NCBI RefSeq assembly: GCF_004010195.1
Contig: NC_057719.1
Span: 94,531,674 to 94,595,673, forward strand
Direction: 5' to 3'
From: Chiloscyllium plagiosum
Taxonomy: Eukaryota
DNA length: 64,000 nucleotides
Within the stretch, counting starts at the first letter, position 1. Each line of letters opens with the position of its first letter. Under the pieces are notes generated by a model. That model saw nothing but the letters and a program-made list of their open reading frames with translations, made no database searches and had not been told where the DNA came from. A program made the translations under genes and the position numbers. Of this stretch, positions 27,394-40,246 are shown one piece after another.

Positions 27394-28348
27394 TATGAAT
27401 CGACAATTGCATTGTCAATAAAATCTATTCTCTATTTTTCTTCCATGTAACCATACATATTTTGTGCATTATAAATGAAAGAAATTCCTGAAAAAGCCCA
27501 ACATACAATAATATTTATGAATCTGAATGCATTTAAATACTTGTGTCTTTTAATGACTGAGTCACTTTATTTTGTTTGTATTAAAGTGGACCTCCCGTGA
27601 AGCTTGCAAGAAATTTCTAATATCAATTCTGTGAAAACTTCATTAACATCTGCATATGTTTCTATAGTCTGAACACATCAGCTGATTTGGACAACCATCT
27701 TCAAAATTGCTGAGCAAATGAATTTGGAACCCACTTCTTTGAATATCTTAACAGCAAATAAAAATCTTACAAGATTTTCTAAACACTGAAGTTGACTCAA
27801 CCGTAATGTAATTTGGTCTTCTCCTTTCCTTCCTTTGTGCTTTAATTTTAAAATCACAATATTGCTATTTTCCAAACTTCTGCAGCGTGAATGAAACTGA
27901 TCTTTTGCTTCCTGTTATTATTGTGTCCTTGTTGAGATTCTTTCCTTCCACCATCAATATCATTTCTCAATAGTTTTTGGTCAGCCTTTTTGCCAGTGCT
28001 TTCTGCTTCTTTTGAGACAATGCAAGAATGCCTACTTAAACGTTATTTCTTCAACCTTTGACTATTGAAGGATTATTCATCATTGCTATTAATCTGAATT
28101 TCTCAACTAATATAAAGTCTGGAATTTAGGAAAACAAGGCTGAGTCTTACCACACTAACAGAGTACAAATTAGTTCCAGTTCAGTCATTACTGTTGAGTT
28201 GTTAAATTTAAAATGCACACCATCACAGCTTTAGTCATGATGCAAACAAGTTTTCCCTTTCCACTGATAGTAAAGGTGTGTCACGTAATTTGGAATTCAA
28301 AGTCCACACTGACTCTGACATGGAGAATGACTTATTCCCTTAAGTAGC

Positions 28349-29095
28349 TGAAAATGTGTTGCTGGAACAGCGCAGCAGGTCAGGCAGCATCCAGGGAACA
28401 GGAGAATCGACGTTCCTCAGGAAGGGCTTATGCCTTTGTCCTGAAAGCCGGGCAGCTTGCTACGAACAATGATCTATTTGAGGTTTGGCAGTTGTTTAAA
28501 GGCAAGTAGTGGAAGTGTGGGGAAGGTCTTGGCGAGGTGCTCATTCTCATTGATAATGTGTTGCAGGTCACGAAGAACATGGCGTAGTTTTTCAGCTCCT
28601 GGGAAATACTGAACAACGAAGGGTACCTTGTCGGTTCCAGTAAGGGTCTGTCTCCTGAGGAGGTTATCTCTGTTATCTCACTTTTTAGTTAACAATCAGT
28701 CTAAACATTATGGCAAAGACAGAGGACACAGGGGGCTAACACCTTCAACATATTGTCTAATAAACACCCATTGGTACAGTTAACTGGAGAATGCAACTTT
28801 TTTTAAAAAAAAGGTTTTGTGATTTACATGTGAAAGAAGTGAAACTATCATGGTCATTCTAACTGATGAAAGCCTCAACAAACAATCAAGGTACTTTTCA
28901 ATGTATAATTTCAGTTACATCACACTGTAAACTTTTGCTATAAATTCTGTGCCTGACAATTGTACTCCATAACCACCTGATGAAGGAGCGTCGCTCCGAA
29001 AGCTAGTGCTTCCAATTAAACCTGTTGGACTATAACCTGGTGTTGTGTGATTTTTAACTTTGTACAGCCCAGTCCAACACCGGCATCTTCAAATC
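28349..29095. mobile_element. Composite PLE remnant: family-1 repeat piece, minus-strand PLE ORF linker, and family-2 terminal repeat (+)
   Basis: The minus strand at ~28480-28636 reads TDKVPFVVQYFPGAEKLRHVLRDLQHIINENEHLAKTFPTLPLLAFKQLPNLK, resembling a PLE RT-to-GIY-YIG linker. A hammerhead lies at 28974-29008. Confidence 0.75.
28974..29008 (+). ncRNA. Minimal type-I hammerhead ribozyme motif (PLE family 2)
   Basis: CAC-CTGATGA-A-GGAGC gtc GCTCC-GAAA-GCTA-GTG: stem I CAC/GTG, 5-bp stem II, palindromic AGCT, CUA triplet. Confidence 0.75.
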
Positions 29096-29167
29096 AGGAA
29101 TATTCCAGCCAGTGAGGTATTTGCTACCACTTTGACAAGTTGTCCTGTTCTTTAGCTGTGATATAAT

Positions 29168-29440
29168 GTAGAACATAGATAGACATAGAACATAGAACAA
29201 TACAGCACAGAACAGGCCCTTCAGCCCACGATGTTGTGCCGAACATTTGTCCTAGCTTAAGCACCTATCCATGTACCTATCCAATTGCCGCTTAAAGGTC
29301 GCCAATGATGCTGACTCTGCCACTCCCACAGGCAGCGCATTCCATGCCCCCACCACTCTCTGGGTAAAGAATCTACCCCTGACAGCCCCCCTATACCTTC
29401 CACCCTTCATCTTAAATTTATGTCCCCTTGTAACACTCTG
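29168..29440 (-). mobile_element. CR1 3' end fragment
   Basis: A (CATAGAA)n tail on + and FFTQRVV on -. Confidence 0.8.
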
Positions 29441-29960
29441 TAATGGATCTCTATCAATTCCTTAGTGCAGAGAAAATCATTTAAAAAAAATTAAAAATCA
29501 GATATACTTTTTTTTTAAAAAAATGCCCTTCATCACAAATACTCAAATATCTACAGAATTAGAGGAAACCTTCAATTGTTTCTGGTCTGTGAGAATCAAA
29601 TGGAATTATTGCCTCAAGTCAATTTTTAAAATAAAATTATTTTAATTTAATTTAAAAGACAATCTGCAAAGGTTAACCTGATCTTCTCCTATAAAATAAA
29701 TGATGGAATACCTAGAAAGGTGGTCAAAAAGTCAGTTTTTGTATATTTACATCAATCTTCCCTGAAAGCTATGCAAAAAGCCAAGGAGTACATATACCTT
29801 TCAAAGTGATGGGGTTTTGTCTCTGTTAGTCTACGTACATATATCACACAGTCTGGTCCTGATTGAGGCCATGTATCAGAAAGGTTACTAATAACTAATT
29901 ATTTATACTGAATGGGATTTCAGACTTAGGTTAACATTTTATCCAGATAGTACACCCAAA

Positions 29961-30301
29961 TTAGATTAGATTAGATTACTTTTAGATTAGATTAGATTAC
30001 TTACAGTGTGGAAACAGGCCCTTCGGCCCAACAAGTCCACACCGACCCGCCGAAGCGTAACCCACCCATACCCCTACATTTACCCCTTTACCTAATACTA
30101 CGGGCAATTTAGCATGGCCAATTCACCTGACTTGCACATCTTTGGACTGTGGGAGGAAACCGGAGCCCCCGGAGGAAACCCACGCAGACACGGGGAGAAC
30201 GTGCAAACTCCACACAGTCAGTCGCCTGAGTCGGGAATTGAACCCGGGTCTCTGGCGCTGCGAGGCAGCAGTGCTAACCACTGTGCCACCGTGCCGCCCA
30301 C
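29961..30301 (-). mobile_element. Full-length HE1-like tRNA-derived SINE
   Basis: The minus strand starts GTGGGCGGCACGGTGGCACAGTGGTTAGC (A box), has a GGTTCAATTCC B box and a CR1-like 3' end with a (TAATC)n tail. CpGs are intact, suggesting a young copy. Confidence 0.9.
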
Positions 30302-33300
30302 AATTCTTAGTATTCTTAGTATGTTCTATACATAGTTGACTGGTTGGCTGACAGTCTAACTTAGTGATGACTGAATGAATGCTGACTCATAGAATGCTCT
30401 TATAGAGAGTAAAATGAACACCTATTATACTAAAGTGTACATGACATTATGGCATCTTTCTGTCTAAGAGCTACTTTTCTGAAATCTAGACAAGTATTCA
30501 AATTTCCCCATTTACCATTTGAAGAATTAATAAAAACTTCTAAATGTACAAAAAGATGCACATAGGTATGTTATCTTTATACATTAAGATATGCTTTGGC
30601 AGATGTACAATATGACTGGATGTAGTTCTTAGATGATTATCATGATTGGGCAGTATAACTTCACTCTGTGGTCTGCCATTTATCATTGAACTGAAAATAC
30701 ATGGTTGCTTCCTGGTGTGATACTTATAGTATCAGATTTATCAAGATATAAGTCAGACTGTTGGTCTTGTACAACTCTGATGTGTTGTCTCTTTCACCTT
30801 TGGATTAGACTGTTGTTCGTGATGTCATATGACCTGAACTGGACATAAAGTCATAGAATCTTTCCACAAATTGATATGTTCACATGAAGATCTCAGATTC
30901 TGATGCTTTATCCTGGTTATGATCACTGTCTGCATGCACATTATCAACTTCTTGTGCTAGCGAGTTTTGAAAAGATCAGGTTGAGGTTCTGGATGTAGGT
31001 TTGCTCGTGAACATTCCAACTCAGCGAACAAACCCACATCCAGAACTTCTTGTGTTATTCTTTCCAGCAATGCATTGTGTGCATGGGTTTAAGGGCATGA
31101 ATGTGAGGGAAGAACTATGTGAACCTGTTTTCCAAACATGAGAGCGTCCAGCAAGGGTAAATCATTGACTTGAGGAGCGGCATGTGGGTTTAACTTGGCT
31201 ATCTGAAAACCTTGGAAAATTAAATGAAAGTGAACCTTCCAGCTCAGTGAGCAAACTTACATCCAGAATCTTGGAAACTGCTTTGTATTTAATTACCATG
31301 GACTTCACTATGGAGAAATTGTGTTCTGCAAGATGGCTAGGTTGAGAAAAGGAGGCAATCTATTGAATATCTTACTTCTTTCATGCATCTTGGAATTGTA
31401 CATGAGTGAACTGCTGTTCAACACAATTGGTTAGGGAATATCAAACTTACTGAATATGGCAGTTAATAAATCAACAACTGTTGAAGTAATGATAGCTTTG
31501 ATATTTTGCACAAAAGGGAATTTGGAGGAGAACTCAGTCACCAAGATGTAATCGTGGAGTCACAGAGATCTATAGCACAGTAAAAAGGCCTCTTGGCCCA
31601 GAAGTGCACCGGTCAAAAGTGAGCACTTGGACTTCTTGCATATTTTAGCCCAATTCTCTTCAGTAAATAACTTGGACATGTCAATAAATGCAGAATGGAT
31701 GAGACAAGCCACATATCATACAAAGATTCAGATATTTTACTCACCATATTGATGGCTGCAATAGTTGTTTCAGAGTTGAGCACCTGAGAATGTTATTGTC
31801 CTATTATAGCGCTTCAAACTTGTATCCTTCTTCCGGTGGTGTGTCAATGATGTACTCTTTCGGTTTATCCAGGAGTGTTTTTCAGAAAGATATGGTGGGT
31901 GTAGAGGCAATGACTAACTCCATGAGATTTTCAGCTAACTTTGGTAAAATCGTCTTCTATATTTTGCATTATAATCTGCCTACAAGTTGGTTAGTATTTT
32001 CAGCATTCTGTAGGCAGGTGTCTGTGTATCCTGAATTAATGCAGGTGTTTATTTATCAGCTTTCTGCTGATCTGTGAAATGAAGATGATATTCTTTCCTT
32101 GAATAACTGGAATTCTGATAATGTCACTGTCACTGATGTAATGCACCGGAAATCAATCCCCACTATTCCTAGACTCATCAGAAATGTGAAAATTTGTTCA
32201 GATTAAAATAACCTGCACTATAGTTTTTATCATTAGTTAGAAAATAACTATTTATAGTGATCAAGCTTTTTTTTAAAACCATCCAGGTGGACACACACAG
32301 ACGGACAAGTTATGAATATTATCTCAAGGGTTAAAATAAATCGTGGAAATGCAGTTCAGTAAAAGCAGTTCTCGGAGAACATGTCAATAAGTTATTTTCT
32401 TCCAGTTCCCTTCAATTCCTGTTAACTTTGTATCATTAGCAAAATTCATGAGTACATCTGTTTCCAGTTTTAGCTAGACTGTTGTGACAAAGGGTCAATG
32501 GACCTGAAATGATATCTTCTGCATTCTCTCCGCATATGCTGTGAGACCTGCTGGGTTTCTCTATCAATTTCTGTTTCTGTTTCAGATTTCCAGCATTTGC
32601 AGTTCTTGGTTTTATCTCAATCTTTCATTTGCTGTTTGAGAAATCACCCTTTCACTGTCTCTGAAGGTAGTTTTCCCTTTTCCTTTTTCCATGGGATCTG
32701 CTGAAAGAGGAATGGAGGAAAAAGTGAGGGGAAAGTAGCTCACTACTGGGGATTTTCTCTTACTGGTTCGGGGAGAACACGAGAGATAATGCTTTCTCTT
32801 TGCAGATTGGATATTTCGCTCTATTGCTCATGCCAAGTGAAATGGTTGTCACTATAATGGTCATTCCTGAATCCACAACAACTACTGGCAATTGAAAAGC
32901 CAATCAAATGACTGTCTGTGACAGAAATTTTCTGAATACACACAGAGAAATGCACACACGTACACAGTGTTGACTGTATGGATCTCCCCCTTACTTTTCC
33001 ATCAAGGCAACATTACTTATATAATGTACTTCAATAACTTGTTTTTACAATTTTGCGTATCTTCATATCCAGTTTCCTTGTTTCAAAGTAATGCCTTTTT
33101 CCATTTTCAGTCCACATTCCAAAAAGAATAAAAATGGTATTTACAAGCACCAGTCTTTGCTCAAATATTTGTTTCCTGTTCTTATTATGCTGGCTTTGTT
33201 TTGTTTTTATAACATGTTTTATTTCAGAATAAATAGCTGAGCAATGCATCTGTGATGCTAGTGCCAAATAAGTATTGGAGCAATGTCACTCGTCTTTTCT

Positions 33301-33874
33301 TTCTGCTTTTGTACTGTTTCTGAAGAAAACAAAATAGCAAAGTTTAATGATAACTGTGAATATGTAAGCTTTAATATATGAAGAATCGCTGAACATTTTA
33401 ATCTGTATTTTATTCAAAAATAGCTTTTCTGAATTGCAGCTGTCTGGAGTCTCTGCAAACTGTATTTTAAGAACTCAGATATATTGTTAACTCCCTTCAA
33501 TTAAGAGAGGGAGAGAATACTCATAACTGTACCGCAGTTGTGGTTGCTGTGCTTCGGTACAATTGTAGTCTTCTTTCTTGGTTGTTAAGTTTGAACTTTA
33601 GATCTGAACTCAGACATATGGTGATAGTTAGGAAAATAACATTTCACAACTGCCACTGCTACTATCTTCTTGTAGCCTTGCTATAATTAGCTCCTAGTGC
33701 CAACTTGCTGTCACCATGATGTGATGTGTTTTTTTTCTGTGTTAGCTCACAAAACATACACCATAGAGAGTCAGGTTGTTCTTGAGACAGAAATCAGGAA
33801 GTTTATTAACAACTGTGTTACACTTAACTTAATCATTCTTGGATATAGAGTCTGGGAATTATGTTCACTTAGAC

Positions 33875-34012
33875 TCATAGAGTCATAGAGATGCACAGCA
33901 CAGAAACAGATCCTTCAGTCCAACTCATGCATGCTGATCAGATATTCTAAATTAATTTAGCCCCATTTGCTAACACTTGGCCCATATCTCTCTAAATCTT
34001 TCCTATTTATAT
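33875..34012 (-). mobile_element. CR1 3' UTR fragment
   Basis: Reverse complement of the 47560-47660 CR1 tail. Confidence 0.7.
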
Positions 34013-34468
34013 ATTAAATATATAGTAATTAACAGATTGACTTTTATGCTGACTGACTGAATGTAGAGTATGGTTGCAGAGAGAAAGGTGGAGACCTCAT
34101 TTACTAAAGCATCTTCTTATGATGTAATTTCACTGTCTTAAAGGATTACTGTTTTTTTGAGACTTGTGCAATAATACAACACATTTTGCACAAGATATAA
34201 GAATGCTTTTACACTGTGCACTCTTCAAATTCAATAGCATTTCTTCATATCTGAATCTTGAGAGTTTGTGGAAATAGATAATTGAACCATAAGTGAAAGT
34301 TGAGTCAGAACCTTTGCCTACCTGGTATCCACATACATTCACTGGAACAGTGGTCACTTTATTCTGATGTAGGACAGGGCTGCTTCAAAAGCCTCCATAC
34401 CAATGGTAACATTTTTGGTTCCTCTTTTGTACAAACCAGGGATGAAACTTGTATTCCCTTGCTCTGTG

Positions 34469-34471
<3 letters not shown>

Positions 34472-34508
<37 letters not shown>
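34472..34508. repeat. (CT)n microsatellite
   Basis: Visible directly. Confidence 0.95.
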
Positions 34509-34511
<3 letters not shown>

Positions 34512-35563
34512 GAGGTACCATGCCTTAAGAGTATATTTGTGACCATGAACTGATTTATGCTCGTGCTTGGCAAAATAATAGTGGTTTGGCATTGCCTTGC
34601 ACAGTATAGGTGAGCAGGGAACTCTTTTCCCGCCTAACATCGGGTATATTGAACAGATTCACAGTTTTGCGATGTAATAAAGGAACTTTCTGTGGCCATC
34701 AAGCCTTGCGGTGGGACTTGAACTCAGAGCTTATGGTCCTGAGATGGGCTGCTGCACTGCAGCCTGACACCTCGTGGTTTCTCGAATGTTAACAGCAATA
34801 ATGGAGGTAGAATAATAAAAAGGTAGCACTGTAAGATAAAAATTAATGCGAATTATGTTATGTTTAAGATAAAAAATAAAATACCTGGATCCAAAATGGT
34901 TAAGACTAGAATTGGGCCCTTGAAGACAGAAATGGGTTATTATGGGGAACAAGGAAATGGCAGAAGAGTTGCGGTACTTTGGATCTGTCTTCACTGGGGA
35001 AGACACAAGCAATCTTCCAGATGTAATAGTAGATGAAGGACCTAGGGTAATGGATGAACTGCAGGGAATTTATATTAGGCAGGAAATGGTGTTGGATAGA
35101 CTGTTAGGTCTGAAGGCTGATAAGTCCCTGGGGCCTGATGGTCTGCATCCCTGGGTACTTAAGGAGGTGACTCAAGAAATTGTGAATTCATTGGTAATCA
35201 TTTTCCAATGTTCTATAGATTCAGGATTTGTTCCTGTGGATTGGAGGGTGGCTAATGTTGTCCCACTTTTCAAGAAAGGAGGGAGAGAGAAAACAGGGAA
35301 TTACAGACCAGTTAGTCTGACCTCAGTGATGGCAAAGATGCTGGTGCCAATTATAAAAGATGAAATTACGACTCATTTGGATAGCAGTAACAGGATAGGT
35401 CAGAGTCAGCTTGGATTTACGAAGGAGAAGTCATGTTTGACTAATCTTTTGGAGATGTAACTATGAAGATGGACAAGGGAGAGCCACTGGATGTAGTGTA
35501 CCTGGACTTTCAGAAAGCCTTTGATAAAGTCCCACATAGGAGATTAGTGAGCAAAATTAGGGC

Positions 35564-35931
35564 TGAAAATGTATTGCTGGAAAAGCGCAGCAGGTCAGGA
35601 GGGCCTGAAGAAGGGCTCATGCCCGAAACGTCGATTCCCCTGCTCCTTGGATGCTGCCTGACCTGCTGTGCTTTTCCAACAACACATTTTCAGCTCGGAT
35701 CTCCAGCATCTACAGTCCTCACTTTCTCCTCGAAGATTTTAACCTACTGCAAATCCTCTTGCAAGGTTGCCTTCCTTGAAGAAGCTCTCTTCATCCTTCT
35801 ACATTCCTGAAGAAGGGCTCATGCCCGTAACGTCGATTCTCCTGCTCCTTGGATGCTGCCTGACCTGCTGCGCTTTTCCACCAACACATTTTCAGCTCTG
35901 ATCTCCAGCATCTGCATTCCTCACTTTCTCT
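35564..35931 (+). mobile_element. PLE family-1 insert with two tandem hammerhead units and a 14-bp TSD
   Basis: TSD AGCAAAATTAGGGC at 35550-35563 and 35932-35945. Hammerhead cores start at 35605 and 35807 (period 202). The 5' ~35 bp is inverted. Confidence 0.85.
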
Positions 35932-36830
35932 AGCAAAATTAGGGCAAATGGTATTGAGGCAAAATACTGACTTGGATTGAAAATTGGCTGGTTGATAGGA
36001 GGCAAAGAGTAGTGATAAACGGGCCCCTTTTGGAATGGCAGGCGGTGACCAGTGGGGTACCACAAGGTTTGGTGCTGGGACCGCAGCTGAATACAATATA
36101 CATTAATGATGTAGATGAAGGTATTAAAAGTAATGATAGCAAATTTGCTGATGACACAAAGCTGGGTGGCAGGGTGAAATGTGAGGATGATGTTATGAGA
36201 ATACAGGGTGACTTGGACAGGCTAGGTGAGTGGATGGATACATGGCAGATGCAGTTTAATGTGGATAAATGTGTGGTTATCAGACTTTAGTGGCAAGAAC
36301 AAGAAGGCAGGTTACTATCTAAATGGAGTCAAGTTAGGTAAAAGGGAAGTACAACGAGATTGAGGTGTTCTTGTACATCAGTCAATGAAGGCAAGCATGC
36401 AGGTACAGCAGGTAGTGAAGAAAGCTAATAGCATGCAGGCCTTAATAACAAGAGGAATTGAGTATAGGAGCAAAGAGGTTCTGCAGCTGTACAGGGCCCT
36501 GATGCAACTGCAACTGGAGTATTGTGTGCAGTTTTGGTCTCCAAATTTGAGGAAGGACATTCTGGCTATTGAGGGATTGCAGCATAGGTTCACGAGGTCA
36601 ATTCCCGGAATGGCAGGACTATCTTACGCTGAAAGATTGGAGCGACTGGGTTTGCATACACTTGAGTTTAGAATGGTGAGAGGGGATCTGATTGAGACAA
36701 ATAAGATTATTAAAGGATTGGACACTCTGGAGGCAGGAAACATTTTTCTGCTGATGAGTGACTCCAGAACCAGAGGACACAGTTTAAAAATAAGGGGTAA
36801 GCCACTAAGAACAGAATTGAGGAGAAACTT

Positions 36831-39800
36831 GGATATCATCAGATTGGGATTCCCAGAAGGTATGTTGCCTCCCTGGTGCCAGGGTCCGGGACGTCTCCGA
36901 TCGGGTGTATAAGATTCTGAAAGGGGAGGGCGAACAGCCAGAAATAGTGTTACATATTGGCACCAATGATAGGGCTTCAGATATGTAGATAATTGGGATG
37001 TCTTCTGGGGAAGGTGGGACCTGTACATGAAGGACGGGTTGCATCTGAACTGGAAGGGGACCAGTGTCCTGGGTGGAAGGTTTGCTCGAGTGGTTCAGGA
37101 GGGTTTAAACTAGTATGGCAGTGGGGTGGGAACCTGAGCTGTATACCGGAGATGAGAGTTGATAGAGATGAGGCAATAGCAAGAGGTAGCGCGCAGCCAA
37201 TGGGAAGGAATTTACTGGGAAAGAACCAAGGGATCAGTTAAAGTGTGTTTGCTTTAATGCAAGGAGTATCAGGAATAAAAGTGATGAGCTTAGAGCATGG
37301 ATCAGTATCTGATGCCATGATGTTGTGGCCATAACAGAGACATGGGTTTCTCAGGGGCAGGAATGGTTGCTGGATGTTCCAGGGTTTAGAACATTTAAAA
37401 AGAATAGGGAGGGGGGAAAAGAAGAGGGGGTGTAGCACTACTAATCAGAGAGGGTATCACGGCTACAGAAGTTACCATTGTCGAGGAGGGTCTGCCTGCT
37501 GAGTCAGTATGGGTGGAAATTAGGAACAGTAAGGGAGCAGTCACCTCATTAGGGTTTTACTACAGGCCCCCAATAGCAGCAGGGAGATGAAAGAAAGCAT
37601 AGGTCAGCAGATTTTGGAAAAGTGAATGTAGTAGGTTTGTTGTAATGGGTGGCTTTAACCTTCCCAATATCGAGCAGGTGGTTCGGAAGGAGCTGTTTTT
37701 GTAAGGTGTGTTCAGGAGGGTTTCCTAACTCAGTACGTTGACAGGCTGACAAGGGGAGAGGCCATTTTGGATTTGGTGCTTGGCAATGAGCCGGGCCAGG
37801 TGTCAGATCTTGTAGTGGGAGAGCATTTTGGAGATAGTGACCACAACTGCCTCACATTTTACGTAGCTATGGAGAAGGGGAGAAGCAGGCACAATGGGAG
37901 GATATTTAATTGGGGAAAAGGAAACTATGATGCTATCAGACGTGAGTTGGGAACCATGGACTGGGAACAATTGTTCCATGGAAAGGGCACTATCGACATG
38001 TGGAGACTGTTGCACAATGGGAGGATATTTAATTGGGGAAAAGGAAACTATGATGCTATCAGACGTGAGTTGGGAACCATGGACTGGGAGCAATTGTTCC
38101 TTGGAAAGAGCACTATAGACATGTGGAGACGGTTTAAGGAACAGTTGTTGCGAGTGATGCATAAATGTGTTCCTCTGAGACAGGCAAGAAGTGGTAAGGT
38201 AAAGGAACCTTGGATGAAGAGAGCGGAGGAGCTTCTCGTCAAAAGAAAGAAGGCAGTTTACGTAAGGTGGAGGAAGCAAGGGTCTTGCTCAGCTCTAGAG
38301 GATTACAGGCAGGTAAGCATGGTGGAATGGATAGAGATTGAGGAAGCTGATGTGCTGAAAATTTTGACTAACATTAAGATTGACAAGTCACCAGGGCCAG
38401 ACCAGATTTGTCCTCGGCTGCTTTGGGAAGTGAGAAATGTGGTTGCTTCGCCGCTTGCAAAGATCTTTACATCCTCGCTCTCCACTGGAGTCGTACCTGA
38501 GGACTGGAGGGAGGTGAATGTAATTCCTTTCTTCAAGAAAGGAAATAGGGAAATCCCCGGCAATTACAGACCAGTCAGTCTCACGTCTGTCGTCTGCAAG
38601 GTGTTAGAAAGGATTCTGAGGGATAGGATTTATGACCATCTGGAAGAGCATGGCTTCATTAAATGTAGTCAGCATGGCTTTGTGAGGGGCAGGTCATGCC
38701 TCACAAATTTTATTGAGTAGGATTTATGACCATCTGGAAGAGCATGGCTTGATTAAATGCAGTCAGCATGGCTTTGTGAGGGGCAGGTCATGCCTCGCAA
38801 ATTTTATTGAGTTCTTTGAGGATGTTACTAGACAAGTGGATGAGGGTTGAGCGGTGGATATGGTGTATATGGACTTCAGCAAGGCATTTGATAAGGTCTC
38901 CCAAGGTAGGCTGGTTCAGGAGGAAAAGGATACAGGGAAACTTAGTTGTCTGGATACAGAATTGGCTGGCCAACAGAAGACAGCGAGTGGTAGTGGAAGG
39001 AGAATATTCTGCCTGGAAGTCTGTGGTGAGTGGTGTTCCACAGGGCTCTGTTCTTGGGCCTCTACTGTTTGTAATTTTTATTAATGACTTGGATGAGGGG
39101 ATTGCAGGATGGCTCAGCAAGTTTGTAGACGACACAAAGGTTGGAGGTGTCGCTCACAGTATAGAGGGCTGTTGTAGGCTGCAGCGTGACATTGACAGGA
39201 TGCAGAGATGGGCTGAGAGGTGGCAGATGGAGTTCAACCTGGATAAATGTGAAGTGATGCATTTTGGAAGGTCGAACTTGAAAGTTGAGTGCAGGATTAA
39301 AGACAGGATTCTTGGCAGTGTGGAGGAACAGAGGGATCTTGGTGTGCAGGTACATAGATCCCTTAAAATAGCCACCCAGGTGGACAGAGTTGTTAAGAAA
39401 GCATATGGTGTTTTGGCTTTCATTAACAGGAGGATTGAGTTTAAGAGCAATGAGATCTTGTTGCAGCTCTATAAAACTTTGGTTAGACTGCACTTGGAAT
39501 ACTGTGTCCAGTTCGGTTTACCCGGATGCTGCCTGGAATGGAGGGCTTATCTTACGAAGAGAGGTTGACTGGGTTCGGACTTTTCTCATTGGAAAAAAGA
39601 AGGAAGAGAGGGGACCTAATTGAGTTGTACAAGATAATGAGAGGCATAGATAGAGTTGATAGCCAGAGACTTTTTCCCAAGGCAGAAATTGTTCACACGA
39701 GGTGTCATAATTTTGAGCTGTTTGTCACAGAAATTTGAGGGTTCGTACATTAGATTTACCTTACATGAGGATCAATGGTCGGCACAACATCGTGGGCTGA

Positions 39801-39841
39801 AGGGCCTGTTCTGTGCTGTACTGTTCTATGTTCTATGTTCT
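36831..39841 (+). mobile_element. CR1 LINE nested in a CR1 (ORF1 esterase end plus ORF2, with internal deletions and duplications)
   Basis: TSD AAACTT at 36825-36830 and 39842-39847. Motifs HIGTND, DGLHLN, SDHN, NYRPVSLTS, GVPQGSVLGP and FVDD; (TTCTATG)n tail. Confidence 0.9.
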
Positions 39842-40119
39842 AAACTTCTTCGCCCAGAGAGTAGTGGATATATGGAATGCTCTGCCCCAGAAGTCAGTGA
39901 AGGCCAAGTCTCTAGATACTTTCAAGAAAGAGATGGATAGAGCTCTTAAATGTAGTGGAATCAAGGGTCATGGGGATAAAGCAGGAACAGGATACTGATT
40001 GTGGATGATCAGCCATGATCATAATGAATGGTGGTGCAGGCTCAAATGACCTACTCCTGCACCTATTGTCTCTTGTTTATTGTTTATTACCTGAAATTAA
40101 TTTGGATATCATTAAATAT

Positions 40120-40246
40120 TCCTGATGAAGGGCTTATGCTCGAAATGTCAAATCTACTGCTCCTTGGATGCTGACTGACTACTGTGCTTTTCCAGCACCA
40201 CACTCTCGACTCTGATCTCCAGCATCTGCAGTCCTCACTTTCTCCG
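40120..40246 (+). mobile_element. Short PLE family-1 insert with a degenerate hammerhead
   Basis: Begins at the CTGATGA core and is flanked by ATCATTAAATAT and ATCATCAAATAT. Confidence 0.7.

Larger units (their letters stand above)
34880..40088 (+). mobile_element. CR1 ORF2 3' half hosting a PLE insert and a second CR1
   Basis: RT motifs run from 34942 to 36830. The reading RN|FFAQRVV resumes at 39842 and the 3' tail is at ~40060-40088. Confidence 0.9.

Noticed and set aside
30240..30301. tRNA-like A and B boxes
   Set aside because: These are SINE heads, not tRNA genes; the same applies at 46009, 49040 and 63345.
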